Shown: positions 28,183-38,008, counted from the stretch's first letter. The stretch is 41,696 nt of DNA from Thermoplasmata archaeon (GCA_030037695.1 JASHQF010000040.1:1-41696); one strand, 5' to 3'. Made by a program: numbers and translations. The notes: generated by a model not told the origin, from the sequence alone.

Positions 28183-28863
28183 ATGGCCGACGATCCCCGG
28201 GAGCTCACGCTCTACGTGCAGTCGAAGAAGGCGGTGACGACGTTCTACCGCCCCGCCGCCCCCGCGACCCCGATCCCCGGCGGCCCGATCCACGTCGGGG
28301 CCGCCCCGTCGAACCTCGAGGGGCCGGCGGAGGGGGACAGCGCCCCGGTCTACTTCCTCTCCGACGACCAGTCCCGCTGCTGCGCCCTCGTCGAGGAGCT
28401 CGTGGCCCACCGCGGCTACAAGCTCAAGGTCGTCGACATCGAGAAGGTCGGCCGCCTGGAGCGGCTCGTCACGGAGCACCTGCGGGGGGTCCAGACGTTC
28501 CCCGTCCTCGTCGCTCCGAACGGCCAGCGCCTCCAGGGCACCGAGCAGTTCACCGAGGAGAACCTCGCCGCGTTCATGCCGACGGAGCTCCGCAGCGTCC
28601 GGGCGATGACGTACCTCAAGATCCGCGGCGGCGACATGGACCACATCCGCCGGATGCTGGAGGGCCTGCCCGAGGTCAAGGAGCTCCACTTCCTCACGGG
28701 CGACTGGGACATCCTGGTCGTCCTCGAGTTCCCCCCGGCGTCCGGGAACAAGCGCCGGGTCCTCGACTTCGTCACCGAGCGGATCCGCGGGATCCCCCAG
28801 GTGGTCGATACCTCGACCGTCGTCCCCGAGTTCACGGTGACGAAGTTCCCGACGTCGGCCTAG
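28183..28863 (+). CDS. thioredoxin-like domain fused to an Lrp/AsnC ligand-binding (RAM) domain
   Basis: C-terminal LPEVKELHFLTGDWDILV...IRGIPQVVDTST (AsnC/RAM); N-terminal SRCCALV, VVDI and QTFPVLV (glutaredoxin-like); ATTAAATA TATA box upstream. Confidence 0.75.
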   Translation: MADDPRELTLYVQSKKAVTTFYRPAAPATPIPGGPIHVGAAPSNLEGPAEGDSAPVYFLSDDQSRCCALVEELVAHRGYKLKVVDIEKVGRLERLVTEHLRGVQTFPVLVAPNGQRLQGTEQFTEENLAAFMPTELRSVRAMTYLKIRGGDMDHIRRMLEGLPEVKELHFLTGDWDILVVLEFPPASGNKRRVLDFVTERIRGIPQVVDTSTVVPEFTVTKFPTSA

Positions 28864-31800
28864 CGTCGCGCGGGACGGCGCGCGCGGCGGCGACGGGGGA
28901 CGACCGGGATCCGTCGCCGCGCCGGCTCGGTCTGCGCGGGGGCCCCGGGCTCGGGGGTCCCGTAGAGCGGCTCCACCGTGAGCGGGTGGTCCTCGAGCCA
29001 GGCGACGCCCTCGACGTAGGCGGAGAACGCCTCGAGGCTCGTGAACAGGGGGATCCCGAGCTCCACCGTTCGCCGCCTTAGGACGTACTCGTCCTCGAGC
29101 ATCCGCTCGAGCTTCTCCTGGGTGAGGGAGAGGGGAACGTTGAGGAGGAGATCGATCTCGCCGCGGTCGAGCGCCTCGAGGACGTTCGGGTGACGGTCCG
29201 GTTCGGAGACCTTGTGGAGGACCCGGACCGCGCGGAGCCCGCGCGCCGCGAGGAACGCGCCCGTGTCCTCGGTCGCCGCCAGCTTGTGCCCGAGCTCCCG
29301 CAGGCGACGCGCGACGGGAAGGAGCTCCTCCTTGAGGTGGGGCCCGCCGACCGAGAGGAACGCGGTCCCGCCGGGCGGGATCAGGCGGACCCCGGTCGCG
29401 ACCAACGCCTTCACGAGCGCGTCCGGGAACGTCGGGCCGAAGCAGGCGACCTCGCCGGTCGATTGCATCTCGACGCCGAGCAGGGGGTCGGAGCCGCTCA
29501 GCTGCAGGAACGAGAACTGCGGCACCTTCACCCCCCAGCGGCCCGGCGGGAGCTCCGCGACCCCCTCGCGGCGGAGCGGACGGCCGAGCATCGCCCGGGC
29601 CGCCTCGCGCAGGAACGGGACGCCCGCCGCCTTCGTGAGGAACGGGAGGGAGCGGCTCGCCCGCAGGTTGAGCTCGATCACCTGGAACGCCGCCCCCTGG
29701 ACGAGGAACTGGACGTTGAACGGGCCGAGGATGTGCAGGGTGCGGGCGAGCCGGCCCGCGGCGTCGACCAGGGCCGCCTGGACGGCGGGCGGGGTGTGGC
29801 GGGGCGGCAGGCAGAAGATCGCGTCCCCGGAGTGGACGCCGGCCTGCTCGACGTGCTCGAGGATCCCGGCGACGAGCACCCGCTCGCCGTCCGAGATCGC
29901 GTCGAGCTCGACCTCGTCGGCCCCCTCCACGAACTTCGTGATCACGACCGGATGCTCGGGCGAGACCCGCGCGGCCCGGGAGAGGAACCGGGCCAGGTCG
30001 GCGCGCCCGGCGAGGACTCGCATCGCTTGGCCGCTCAGCACGTACGATGGGCGGACGAGGACCGGGTAGCCCACGCGGTCGGCGAACCGTTCGGCCTCCT
30101 CGATCGTCGTGAACGCGTTCCACGCCGGCTGGGGGATCCCGAGCGTCTCCAACAGACGACCGAACCGGGCCCGGTCCTCCGCGGCGTCGATCGCGTCGGG
30201 CGAGGTCCCGAGGACCCGGATCCCGCAGGCGGCGAGGAGCGGCGTCAGGTTCTGCGCGAGCTGGCTCCCGACGCAGGTGACGATCCCGTCGAACGTTTCG
30301 AAGTCGTGGAGGTCGCGGATCCGCTCGAGCGTGATCTCCTCGAAATAGAGCCGGTCCGAGCGGTCGTAGTCGGTCGACACGGTCTCCGGGTTCGAGTTGA
30401 GGAGGGCGACCCCCGCGACCCCTTCCGCGCGGAGCCCGTCGACGAGGTTCATCGTCGACCAGTCGAACTCGACGCTCGAGCCGATCCGGTACGGCCCGGC
30501 CCCGACGACGAGCGCGGAGCCCCGCGGCATCGGGGCGACGTCGTCCGCGTCCCCCCGGTAGGTGAGGTAGAGGTAGTTCGTCCGCGCCGGCCACTCCCCG
30601 GCGAGGGTGTCGATCATGCGGACCCGCGGGCGGATCCCCGCGGCGAGCCGGAGCCGGCGCACGCTCTCCTCGTCGAGGCGCACGGCGCGCCCGATCGCTC
30701 GGTCGGAGAAGCCGAGCTCCTTCGCGTCCCTCAGTAGCCCGGCCGGGATCGCGCCGCCCGGGACCGCGGCGAGCCTCCGATCGGTCGCCTCGACGTCGGC
30801 GAGGGCGTCGACGAACCACCGGTCGATCCAGGAGGTCGCGCTCACCTCGGCGGGGTCGAGCCCGCCGCGCAGCGCCTCGAGGACGACGGAGAGGATCTGC
30901 GGGGTCGGTGCGGCGAGGTCGGCGAGGATCGCCGGACGCTCCCGGGTCTCCCGAGGGGGCAGGAGGTCGGCCCGGGGGTCGGCCATCCGCACCGCCTTCG
31001 CGAGCGCCTCGGGGAACGACGCGCCGATCCCCATCGCCTCCCCGACCGACTTCATCGACGGACCGAGCCGGCGGTCGGCGCGCTCGAACTTGTCGAGGTC
31101 CCAGCGCGGGAGCTTCACGACGACGTAGTCGAGCGACGGTTCGAAGCAGGCGGTCGTCACCCCGGTGATCCGGTTCTTGAGCTCGGGGAGCGTGTAGCCG
31201 AGCGCGAGCTTCGCCGCGACGTAGGCGAGCGGGTAGCCGGTCGCCTTGCTGGCGAGCGCGCTCGATCGGCTGAGGCGGGCGTTGATCTCGATCGCGTAGT
31301 ACTCCTCGCTCTCGGGGTCCAGGCAGAACTGGATGTTGCACTCCCCGACGATCCCGCACGCCGCGACCGCCCGCAGGGCGGCCTGGCGCAGCCGCTGGTA
31401 CTCGGCGTCGGTGAGCGTCTGGCTCGGGGCGATGACGATGTTGTCGCCCGTATGGACCCGCATCCCGAGGACGTTCTCCATGTTGCAGACGGTGAGCGCG
31501 TTCCCCCGGGCGTCGCGCACCACCTCGTACTCGATCTGCTTGAACGTCCCGACGTACCGCTCCAGCAGCACCTGGCCGACCGGGCTGGCCCGGAGCCCCC
31601 GGGCGACCGCCTCCTCGAGCTCGGCCCGGTCCCGGGCGACCCCGCCTCCCTTGCCGCCGAGGGTGTAGGCGACGCGCAGCATCACGGGGTAGCCGAGCTC
31701 CTCGGCCGCCGCCCGCGCCTCGTCCAGGGAATAGACCGCGTGGCTCGGGAGCGTCGGGACCCGGGCCCGCGCCATCGTCCGCACGAACCGCGCCCGATCC

Positions 31801-32177
31801 TCGGTCGCGCGGATGCCCGCGAGCGGCGTCCCCAGCACCTTCGTGCCCGAGCGGGAGAGCGCGCCGCGATCGGCGAGATCGATCCCGCAGTTGAGGGCGG
31901 TCTGGCCGCCGAACGACAGGAGGAGGCCGTCGGGCCGCTCCGCCTCGAGGATCGGGGCGACGAACTCGGCGAGCAGCGGCTGGAAGTAGACCTTCCCGTG
32001 CCGCGGCGGATCGGTCTGGAGCGTGGCGATGTTCGGGTTGACCACGACGGCGTAGACGCCGTCCTCCTCGAGCGCTTTCAGGCACTGGCTCCCGGAGTAG
32101 TCGAACTCCCCCGCCTCACCGATCTTGAGCGCTCCGCTGCCGAGCAGCACCGCCTTTGCGGGGAGCGACGGGGTCAT
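28860..32177 (-). CDS. carB: carbamoyl-phosphate synthase large subunit
   Basis: GSGALKIGEAGEFDYSGSQ, FGGQTALN, IEINARLSRSSALASKATGYPLA, NPETVSTDYD and a C-terminal MGS domain; ATG at 32177 overlaps the carA stop. Confidence 0.98.
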   Translation of the reverse strand: MTPSLPAKAVLLGSGALKIGEAGEFDYSGSQCLKALEEDGVYAVVVNPNIATLQTDPPRHGKVYFQPLLAEFVAPILEAERPDGLLLSFGGQTALNCGIDLADRGALSRSGTKVLGTPLAGIRATEDRARFVRTMARARVPTLPSHAVYSLDEARAAAEELGYPVMLRVAYTLGGKGGGVARDRAELEEAVARGLRASPVGQVLLERYVGTFKQIEYEVVRDARGNALTVCNMENVLGMRVHTGDNIVIAPSQTLTDAEYQRLRQAALRAVAACGIVGECNIQFCLDPESEEYYAIEINARLSRSSALASKATGYPLAYVAAKLALGYTLPELKNRITGVTTACFEPSLDYVVVKLPRWDLDKFERADRRLGPSMKSVGEAMGIGASFPEALAKAVRMADPRADLLPPRETRERPAILADLAAPTPQILSVVLEALRGGLDPAEVSATSWIDRWFVDALADVEATDRRLAAVPGGAIPAGLLRDAKELGFSDRAIGRAVRLDEESVRRLRLAAGIRPRVRMIDTLAGEWPARTNYLYLTYRGDADDVAPMPRGSALVVGAGPYRIGSSVEFDWSTMNLVDGLRAEGVAGVALLNSNPETVSTDYDRSDRLYFEEITLERIRDLHDFETFDGIVTCVGSQLAQNLTPLLAACGIRVLGTSPDAIDAAEDRARFGRLLETLGIPQPAWNAFTTIEEAERFADRVGYPVLVRPSYVLSGQAMRVLAGRADLARFLSRAARVSPEHPVVITKFVEGADEVELDAISDGERVLVAGILEHVEQAGVHSGDAIFCLPPRHTPPAVQAALVDAAGRLARTLHILGPFNVQFLVQGAAFQVIELNLRASRSLPFLTKAAGVPFLREAARAMLGRPLRREGVAELPPGRWGVKVPQFSFLQLSGSDPLLGVEMQSTGEVACFGPTFPDALVKALVATGVRLIPPGGTAFLSVGGPHLKEELLPVARRLRELGHKLAATEDTGAFLAARGLRAVRVLHKVSEPDRHPNVLEALDRGEIDLLLNVPLSLTQEKLERMLEDEYVLRRRTVELGIPLFTSLEAFSAYVEGVAWLEDHPLTVEPLYGTPEPGAPAQTEPARRRIPVVPRRRRARRPARR

Positions 32178-33319
32178 GCCTTGCGCCTCACCTTGCGGGC
32201 GAACTCGTCGAAGACGAAGCCGGCCTCCTGGGGCCCCGGATGCCCCTCGGGATGGCCCTGGAGCGCGAACGTCCTCCCCCGCCGGTCCCGCAGGCCCTCG
32301 AGCGTCCCGTCGTCCGGGTTCGACGCCCACGGTTCCAGCCCGGAACCGCCGAGCGAGGCGGGGTCGACGGCGTAGCCGTGGTTCTCGCTGACGATCAGCG
32401 CCCGACCGTCCGGGAAGCAGATCGTCTTGTTCTGGCCCCGGTGGCCGTACTTGAGCTTGAACGTCGAGCCGCCGCGCGATAGTGCGATCAGCTGGTGGCC
32501 GAGGCAGATCCCGAGCGTGACGAGCTCCCGGTTCGAGGGCCGACGCAGCTCCTCGACGACCGGGGCGAGGACCGAAGGGTCCCCCGGCCCGTTGCCGACG
32601 AGCAATCCCCGGACCGGACGGCCGTGCCAGCGCGCCGGTACCTCATGGTCGTGCGGCAGGCGGAGGACGCTCAGGCCCCGGTCGAGCAGCGCCCGGACGA
32701 TGCTCGACTTCACGCCGCAGTCGATCACGGCGACGAGCGGGCCGCCGTTGCGCGCGAGGAACGTCGGGCGACGGGGGGAGACCTCCCCGACGAGGTCCTC
32801 CTCGGCGTACGCGGGCGCCCGCGCGAGCTCCGCCCGGAGCTCCTCGTCCGTGGGGCGGCGCTCGGAGCGACCGACGTCGAGGACCGCGCGCAGGACGCCG
32901 CGCGCCCGGAGGTGCTCGGTGAGCCGACGGGTGTCGACCCCCCGGATCCCGGGGACGCCGGCGCCGCGCAGCCAGTCGTCGAGCGACCGGTCCATCGCCC
33001 AGTGGTGGGGCCGCGTCGTGCCCCGCACCACGACCCCACGCACCTGGAGCTCCGGGCTCTCGAGGAGCGGGAGGCCATCGTGGTCCCGCGAGGCCGGCGA
33101 CGGGACCCCGTAGTTCCCGAGGAGGGGATAGGTGAACGCGAGGATCTGCCCCCGGTACGACGGATCGGTGAGCGCCTCGGGATAGCCGACCATCCCCGTG
33201 GAGAAGACGGCCTCCCCGGTCCGACGCGTCGTCGCCCCGAAGCCGATCCCCTCGAACCGCGTGCCGTCCTCGAGAAATAGCGTCCCCCGCAGCGGCGCGT
33301 CGACCGCGTCGGCGGGCAC
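32174..33319 (-). CDS. carA: carbamoyl-phosphate synthase small subunit
   Basis: LEDGT.F.G, TDPSY.GQ, NGPGDP, GICLGHQ and HPE (Cys-His-Glu triad) motifs. Confidence 0.97.
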   Translation of the reverse strand: MPADAVDAPLRGTLFLEDGTRFEGIGFGATTRRTGEAVFSTGMVGYPEALTDPSYRGQILAFTYPLLGNYGVPSPASRDHDGLPLLESPELQVRGVVVRGTTRPHHWAMDRSLDDWLRGAGVPGIRGVDTRRLTEHLRARGVLRAVLDVGRSERRPTDEELRAELARAPAYAEEDLVGEVSPRRPTFLARNGGPLVAVIDCGVKSSIVRALLDRGLSVLRLPHDHEVPARWHGRPVRGLLVGNGPGDPSVLAPVVEELRRPSNRELVTLGICLGHQLIALSRGGSTFKLKYGHRGQNKTICFPDGRALIVSENHGYAVDPASLGGSGLEPWASNPDDGTLEGLRDRRGRTFALQGHPEGHPGPQEAGFVFDEFARKVRRKA

Positions 33320-33465
33320 GTCCGTCGGGAACCCGACGCGTGCGAGGAGGTCCGCGGTCCTTAACGCTTGCCGTCGCGCCGGTCCCGCGCCGGGCCCGGA
33401 GCCCGGGCCGGGGCGTTCCGCGCCCCGGGCGAGCCATCAAATCTCCCGCTCGGCGTGCGACCCCC

Positions 33466-34461
33466 GTGACGGGGCTGCCCCGCCTCAAGGACTCGTACGA
33501 CTTCGTGATCCTCGGCGGGGGTCACGCGGGGCTGCAGGCCGCGGTCAAGGCCGCGCTCCTGCGCAGAACGGCCGCGGTGATCGATCGCGGGCCGAAGTAC
33601 TCGCGTTCGTACTACGCCCCGAAGATGGCGAACATCCCGGGCTTCCCGGAGGGGATCTCGGGCCACGAGCTCCTGGACCGCCAGCTCGCGGCGGCGCGGG
33701 GCCTCGGCGACTGGATCGACCTGTTCTCGCCCGGGGTCGCGCTCGGGGCCGAGCGCGCCGACGACGGCTTCCGCGCGTCGTTCGACTGGCTGCGGCAGCG
33801 GCTCGTCGCCCGGGGCCGGGCCCTGGTCCTCGCGCTCGGGGTCGTCGACCGGATCCCCGAGGTCGGGGGCAAGATCGACCCGATCTTCCCGTGGGCGAAC
33901 CAGGCGATCGTCGACTTCTGCATCCTCTGCGACGGCCACGACCTCGCCGGCCGGTCCGTCGGGGTGATCGGCCACGACGCGTTCGCGGCGCGCACGGTCC
34001 TGGACGTCCTCGCGTTCGCTCCGAGCTCCGTCGAGCTGCTCACGCACGGTCGGCCGTTGTTGGACGGCGCCGACGAGACGGAGCGCGGGCAGCTCGCCGG
34101 GGAACTCGCCCAGCGCCGGGTCCCGATCGTCCCGGCCGAGATCGTGGGGTTCGACGAGATCCGGGAGCACCGGTTCGGGGTCCGGTTCGCCGACGGGAGC
34201 CATCGCTCCTACGATCGGGGCTTCTCCGCGCTCGGCTGGTACGAGCGGCACGCGGCGGTCCCGCGCTCGCTCGGGGCCGCCTTCGACGCGGACGGCTACG
34301 TCCTCACCGACGACGACAGCCGGGTCTTGAGCGCCGGGGACGGTCGGCCGATCCCGGGGCTGTACTGCGCGGGGGACCTCGCCCACGGCTGGAACCAGAT
34401 CCCCGAAGCGTGGGCGGCCGCGGAACGGGCGGTCATCCACGCGTGGGCCGACTTCCTGTAG
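33466..34461 (+). CDS. thioredoxin-reductase-like FAD-dependent disulfide oxidoreductase
   Basis: ILGGGHAG FAD motif, NIPGFPEGISG, redox CILCDG and PGLYCAGD; GTG at 33466. Confidence 0.9.
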   Translation: MTGLPRLKDSYDFVILGGGHAGLQAAVKAALLRRTAAVIDRGPKYSRSYYAPKMANIPGFPEGISGHELLDRQLAAARGLGDWIDLFSPGVALGAERADDGFRASFDWLRQRLVARGRALVLALGVVDRIPEVGGKIDPIFPWANQAIVDFCILCDGHDLAGRSVGVIGHDAFAARTVLDVLAFAPSSVELLTHGRPLLDGADETERGQLAGELAQRRVPIVPAEIVGFDEIREHRFGVRFADGSHRSYDRGFSALGWYERHAAVPRSLGAAFDADGYVLTDDDSRVLSAGDGRPIPGLYCAGDLAHGWNQIPEAWAAAERAVIHAWADFL

Positions 34462-34470
34462 ACCGGACGG

Positions 34471-35214
34471 TCACGCCGCGCGGGCGGCCCGCAGGACGCC
34501 GAGCCGCTGCGCCAGCTCGGGGAGGTCGCGGGTCACGGCCGAAGCGCCCGCGGCGAGGAACCGCTCGGCGGAGCTCCCCGCGTCGCGGCCCTCGCCGGGG
34601 TCCGGGAGGACGGCGTAGAAGCGGACCCGGGAGCGGGCCGCACATTCCGCGTCGATGAGGTGGTCTCCCACGTACAGGGCCCGGTCCAGCGGGACGCCCA
34701 TCTCGTGGAGGAGGGAGAGGAGCGCCTCGGGGGACGGCTTCGCCGGACCGGGCGAACTGCGACTCCTGAGGTACGCGAAATAGCCGTCCAGGCCCGTGGC
34801 GCGCAGCGCCGCCCGCGCGAACGACTCCGAGCTCCGCGTGAGCAAGCCCGTGCGGAACCCGCGGCGCACGAGCTCCGCGAGGAGCTCCGGGGCGCCGGGC
34901 CGGGCCACGGTCCGCGGGAGCGCCTCCATCTCGATCGCGTCGATCGCCCGCGTGTACTCCGCCTCGAACCGCCAGATCTGGCCGTCGGGGGCCCCCGCGA
35001 CGCGAAGGTCCTCCCGGGCCCCTTCCACGATGCGGTGGATCGGAAGGTCGAGCGTGAGCCGCCCGGGCGCCACGCCGTGCCGCTCGGCGAGGCGGATCAC
35101 CTCGGCGCGCATCCGGCGGAAATCGTGGCGCGAGAGGACGAGGGTCCCGTCGAGATCGAAGACGATCCCGAGGAACGACTCGAGGTAGGCGGGTTCGGTG
35201 GTCCGGGCCGTCAC
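34471..35214 (-). CDS. HAD-superfamily phosphatase
   Basis: FDLDGTL, LLTR, KPSP and YVGDHLID motifs. Confidence 0.92.
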   Translation of the reverse strand: MTARTTEPAYLESFLGIVFDLDGTLVLSRHDFRRMRAEVIRLAERHGVAPGRLTLDLPIHRIVEGAREDLRVAGAPDGQIWRFEAEYTRAIDAIEMEALPRTVARPGAPELLAELVRRGFRTGLLTRSSESFARAALRATGLDGYFAYLRSRSSPGPAKPSPEALLSLLHEMGVPLDRALYVGDHLIDAECAARSRVRFYAVLPDPGEGRDAGSSAERFLAAGASAVTRDLPELAQRLGVLRAARAA

Positions 35215-35285
35215 GGTAGGGCCCCCGTCCCCCGTGCGGGGGGACCCCCGTTAAGAGTTTGCCTCGAGCGGAAGTCGGCCCCGGC

Positions 35286-35576
35286 TCACGGGCCCTGGTG
35301 GTAGGCGAGCCCGAACCAGGTCCCCTGCGCCCGATCGAACGTCGTGCCGCACTGGTAGCAGAAGAAGACCCGGGCGGGCGGCTCCTTGGGCTCGAACTCC
35401 ATCGCCCGGCCGCACACCGGGCAGGCGAGCTGGGTCCCGATCTCGCCGAGGCCGTGCCAGAGGTCGCGCCGGCGATCGAAGACGACCCCGTCGAGGGCGC
35501 AGACGAAGATCGGGTACGGCACGTCCGGGGAGGCGGGGCCGACCATCGGACGCGCGCAGCGGGGGCAGAACACCAC
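35286..35576 (-). CDS. double zinc-ribbon hypothetical protein
   Basis: Two internal repeats: CPRC..CALD..FDR....WHGL and CPVC..CYQC..FDR....WFGL. Confidence 0.78.
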   Translation of the reverse strand: MVFCPRCARPMVGPASPDVPYPIFVCALDGVVFDRRRDLWHGLGEIGTQLACPVCGRAMEFEPKEPPARVFFCYQCGTTFDRAQGTWFGLAYHQGP

Positions 35577-35604
35577 CGACCCGAGCGCCCGTCCCGCGAA
35601 GAGC

Positions 35605-37107
35605 CTAGCGGCGGCGGAGGGTCACGACCGATTCCCGTAGCTCGAAGCTGCGCCGCTGGCCGCTCCGTCGCCGGCGCGCCACGTCGACCGCCTCGATCTC
35701 GAGGCCGAGCCGGGCCCCGATCCGGGCGAGCAGGAGATCGCCCGGGACGTACGTGCCCGCGAGCAGGGAGTCCCCCAGGACGATCACGAGCCGACCTCCG
35801 GTCGAGAGCGCGTCGCGCAGGCGGGCGAGCACCGGCAGGAGATCGTCGAAGTACTTGCGCACGACCGCGTGCATGTCGTCCCGGCGGTACGTCCCCTTGC
35901 GTCGGACGTTGTCGCGGATCCGCGAGAGGATCGTCCCGAGCCACGGGTCCGGCGCGCCGGCGAGGCCGAGATGCGCCGCCGTCTCCGAGCGGGGGAGGTT
36001 GTCGCAGGCGACCTCAACCCGGCGGAGCGCCGCCAGGTCGGCGTACGAGTGCGCGTAGCCGAGCCAGGCGAGGTCGAGCTTGTAGTTCATGACGTAGTCC
36101 ATCCCGTTGACGTACGGCGGGCTGGTCACGACCAGATCGACCGACCCGGGGGGCAGCTCGAGCGAGCGGGCGTCCTGGGCGATCAGGCGGGCGGGGGGAC
36201 CCCACCGCGCGCGGTCCGCGCCGAGTGTCCGCAGGTCGTCCCGCATCTCCCCGATCCGCCGCTCGAACCGCGCGATCGGGGCGATCGTCTCCGCCGGCGG
36301 GCCCCTCGCGTAGCCGAGGCAGGGGGACCGGTGGAGGCGGCTCGAGGGGATCAGGATCCCCCCGAAGGCGACGCGGACCGCCTCGGCGACCGGGGTCCCC
36401 TCGGGGGGGAGCGCCCGCCGGAGGCGGAGCAAGCCGCGCAGGGCCCGGGGGTCGAACTGCTGCGCGGTCCGGTGGAGGAACGGCGCGGGGTCCGCGGGGC
36501 CGCGCTCGGCCGCCCGGATCGTGCGGCGCGCGGCGGACACGAGCGCCGTCGGAGAGAGCTCGAAACGGCTCTTGACCCGAGCGGCGAGGAGCGCCGGCGG
36601 GAGGATCTCCACGCCGATCGCGCGGGCCCCGGCCCGGCGCGCTTCGACGACCGTTGTCCCGCTGCCGGCGAACGGGTCGAGCACGGTCCGCCCGCGGATC
36701 TCCCCCCCGTGGACGAGCACGCCGCGGACGAACTCGGCCGAGAAGCCTTGGACGTACGGCCACCAGCGATGGACGGGCTCGGTCTCGTTCGACCGGAACG
36801 TGATCGGTCCGTCCCAACGACCGAGCCGAACGCCGTTCTCCCGGAGGAACCGCTGCTCGTACGTGCCGGGGCCCTCGAAGTCGTCCCGCCCGACGAGATC
36901 CTCGTAGGCCCGCAGCATCCACAGGCCCCGCCCCACCCGAAGGACCTCCCCGCGGACCGCGAGCTCGTCCAGGGCGGCCTCGATCGGTCCCGGCGCGGAC
37001 GCTAGTCGCGTGGCGAGCTGTCGGGCGGTAGCGCCGAGGGCGCCGCTCTCCACGAGCGCGCGGCGGAGCGCGACCGGGAACGCGCCGGATCCGGAACGGC
37101 TAGGCAT
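35605..37107 (-). CDS. orphan amino-DNA methyltransferase (likely m4C, motif I before motif IV) with N-terminal wHTH-like region
   Basis: HRWWPYVQGFS, LDPFAGSGTT (SAM binding) and DLVVTSPPY (catalytic); ATG at 37107 overlaps the CHAD stop. Confidence 0.88.
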   Translation of the reverse strand: MPSRSGSGAFPVALRRALVESGALGATARQLATRLASAPGPIEAALDELAVRGEVLRVGRGLWMLRAYEDLVGRDDFEGPGTYEQRFLRENGVRLGRWDGPITFRSNETEPVHRWWPYVQGFSAEFVRGVLVHGGEIRGRTVLDPFAGSGTTVVEARRAGARAIGVEILPPALLAARVKSRFELSPTALVSAARRTIRAAERGPADPAPFLHRTAQQFDPRALRGLLRLRRALPPEGTPVAEAVRVAFGGILIPSSRLHRSPCLGYARGPPAETIAPIARFERRIGEMRDDLRTLGADRARWGPPARLIAQDARSLELPPGSVDLVVTSPPYVNGMDYVMNYKLDLAWLGYAHSYADLAALRRVEVACDNLPRSETAAHLGLAGAPDPWLGTILSRIRDNVRRKGTYRRDDMHAVVRKYFDDLLPVLARLRDALSTGGRLVIVLGDSLLAGTYVPGDLLLARIGARLGLEIEAVDVARRRRSGQRRSFELRESVVTLRRR

Positions 37108-38008
37108 GCGGAGTGCCTCCCGGCGGCCCCGAGGGCTTGTCCACCGCACGGGCGGGGAGCGCCGGGCGGGCGAGATGCCCCCGGACCCTCGCGCGTTCCC
37201 CCCGCCGGCGGGCCCGGAGGCGGCGGGCGACCGCCGAGGCCTCGAGCCCGGGCGGCAGGGTCGCGAGCGCCACGTCGAGGTCGTGGATCCGGCCGAGCCG
37301 GTCCTGAAGCCCCTTCATCCCGTCCGATCGTGCCCGATGCCCGGGAGAGCCGAGCGCCCCGGCGAGGCTCGTGAGCTGGCGATGCTGGCGGATCCGGATC
37401 CGCAACCGATGCAGCCGATCCGGGGTCGGGGTCTTCTGCGCGCGTCGCAGCGCCTTGCGCAGCTTGCGCTCGAACGCGGCCGCTTCCCGCTCCCAGCCGC
37501 GAGGGACCTCCGCGCTCGCTCCCCGACGGAGCGGCCGCGCGAGGGCGTCGCGGGCTTGCCCGAGCGCGCCGGCCCCCCGCGCGGTGTGAAGGTAGGCCTT
37601 CAGGAGCTCGCGCGCGGTTCGGGCGTCGTCGCGCATTCGGGCGAGGAATCGCTCCAGCCGTCGCCGCTCCCCGGCCGGGGCGGCCCGAGGGAGCTCCGAC
37701 ACCAGGAGCGCGGCGGTCACGTCCCGGTCGCGCACGCGGCCGACGAGGCGTGCGAGACGGCGCAGCCGCTTCACGACCGGTCGGGTCCGCGTCGCGTCCA
37801 CGGGGGGAAGGAACCTCGCGAAGATCCCGAGGGAGATCGCCAGTCGGCGCATGTCACGGTGCAGGTCGTGGAGCAGGGCCGGGCTCGGGTGCGCCTCGTG
37901 GATCGTCCGGCCCACGAGCTCCTCGACCCGATCGACGAGCCCCTCGACCTCCTGGCGGACCCGCAGGGAAGCGACGGGCCGCGGGGGGGCCCGGGGCGCC
38001 GCGGGCAT
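37100..38008 (-). CDS. CHAD domain polyphosphate-binding protein
   Basis: LHDLHRDMRRL, GRVRDRDV, LHRLRIRIRQ and LQDRLGRIHDLDV motifs. Confidence 0.9.
   Translation of the reverse strand: MPAAPRAPPRPVASLRVRQEVEGLVDRVEELVGRTIHEAHPSPALLHDLHRDMRRLAISLGIFARFLPPVDATRTRPVVKRLRRLARLVGRVRDRDVTAALLVSELPRAAPAGERRRLERFLARMRDDARTARELLKAYLHTARGAGALGQARDALARPLRRGASAEVPRGWEREAAAFERKLRKALRRAQKTPTPDRLHRLRIRIRQHRQLTSLAGALGSPGHRARSDGMKGLQDRLGRIHDLDVALATLPPGLEASAVARRLRARRRGERARVRGHLARPALPARAVDKPSGPPGGTPHA

Noticed and set aside
28860..33319. CarB resembling the eukaryotic/Bacteroidota-like CPS type
   Set aside because: This CPS subtype is already known in several archaea; the carAB pair is ordinary and intact.
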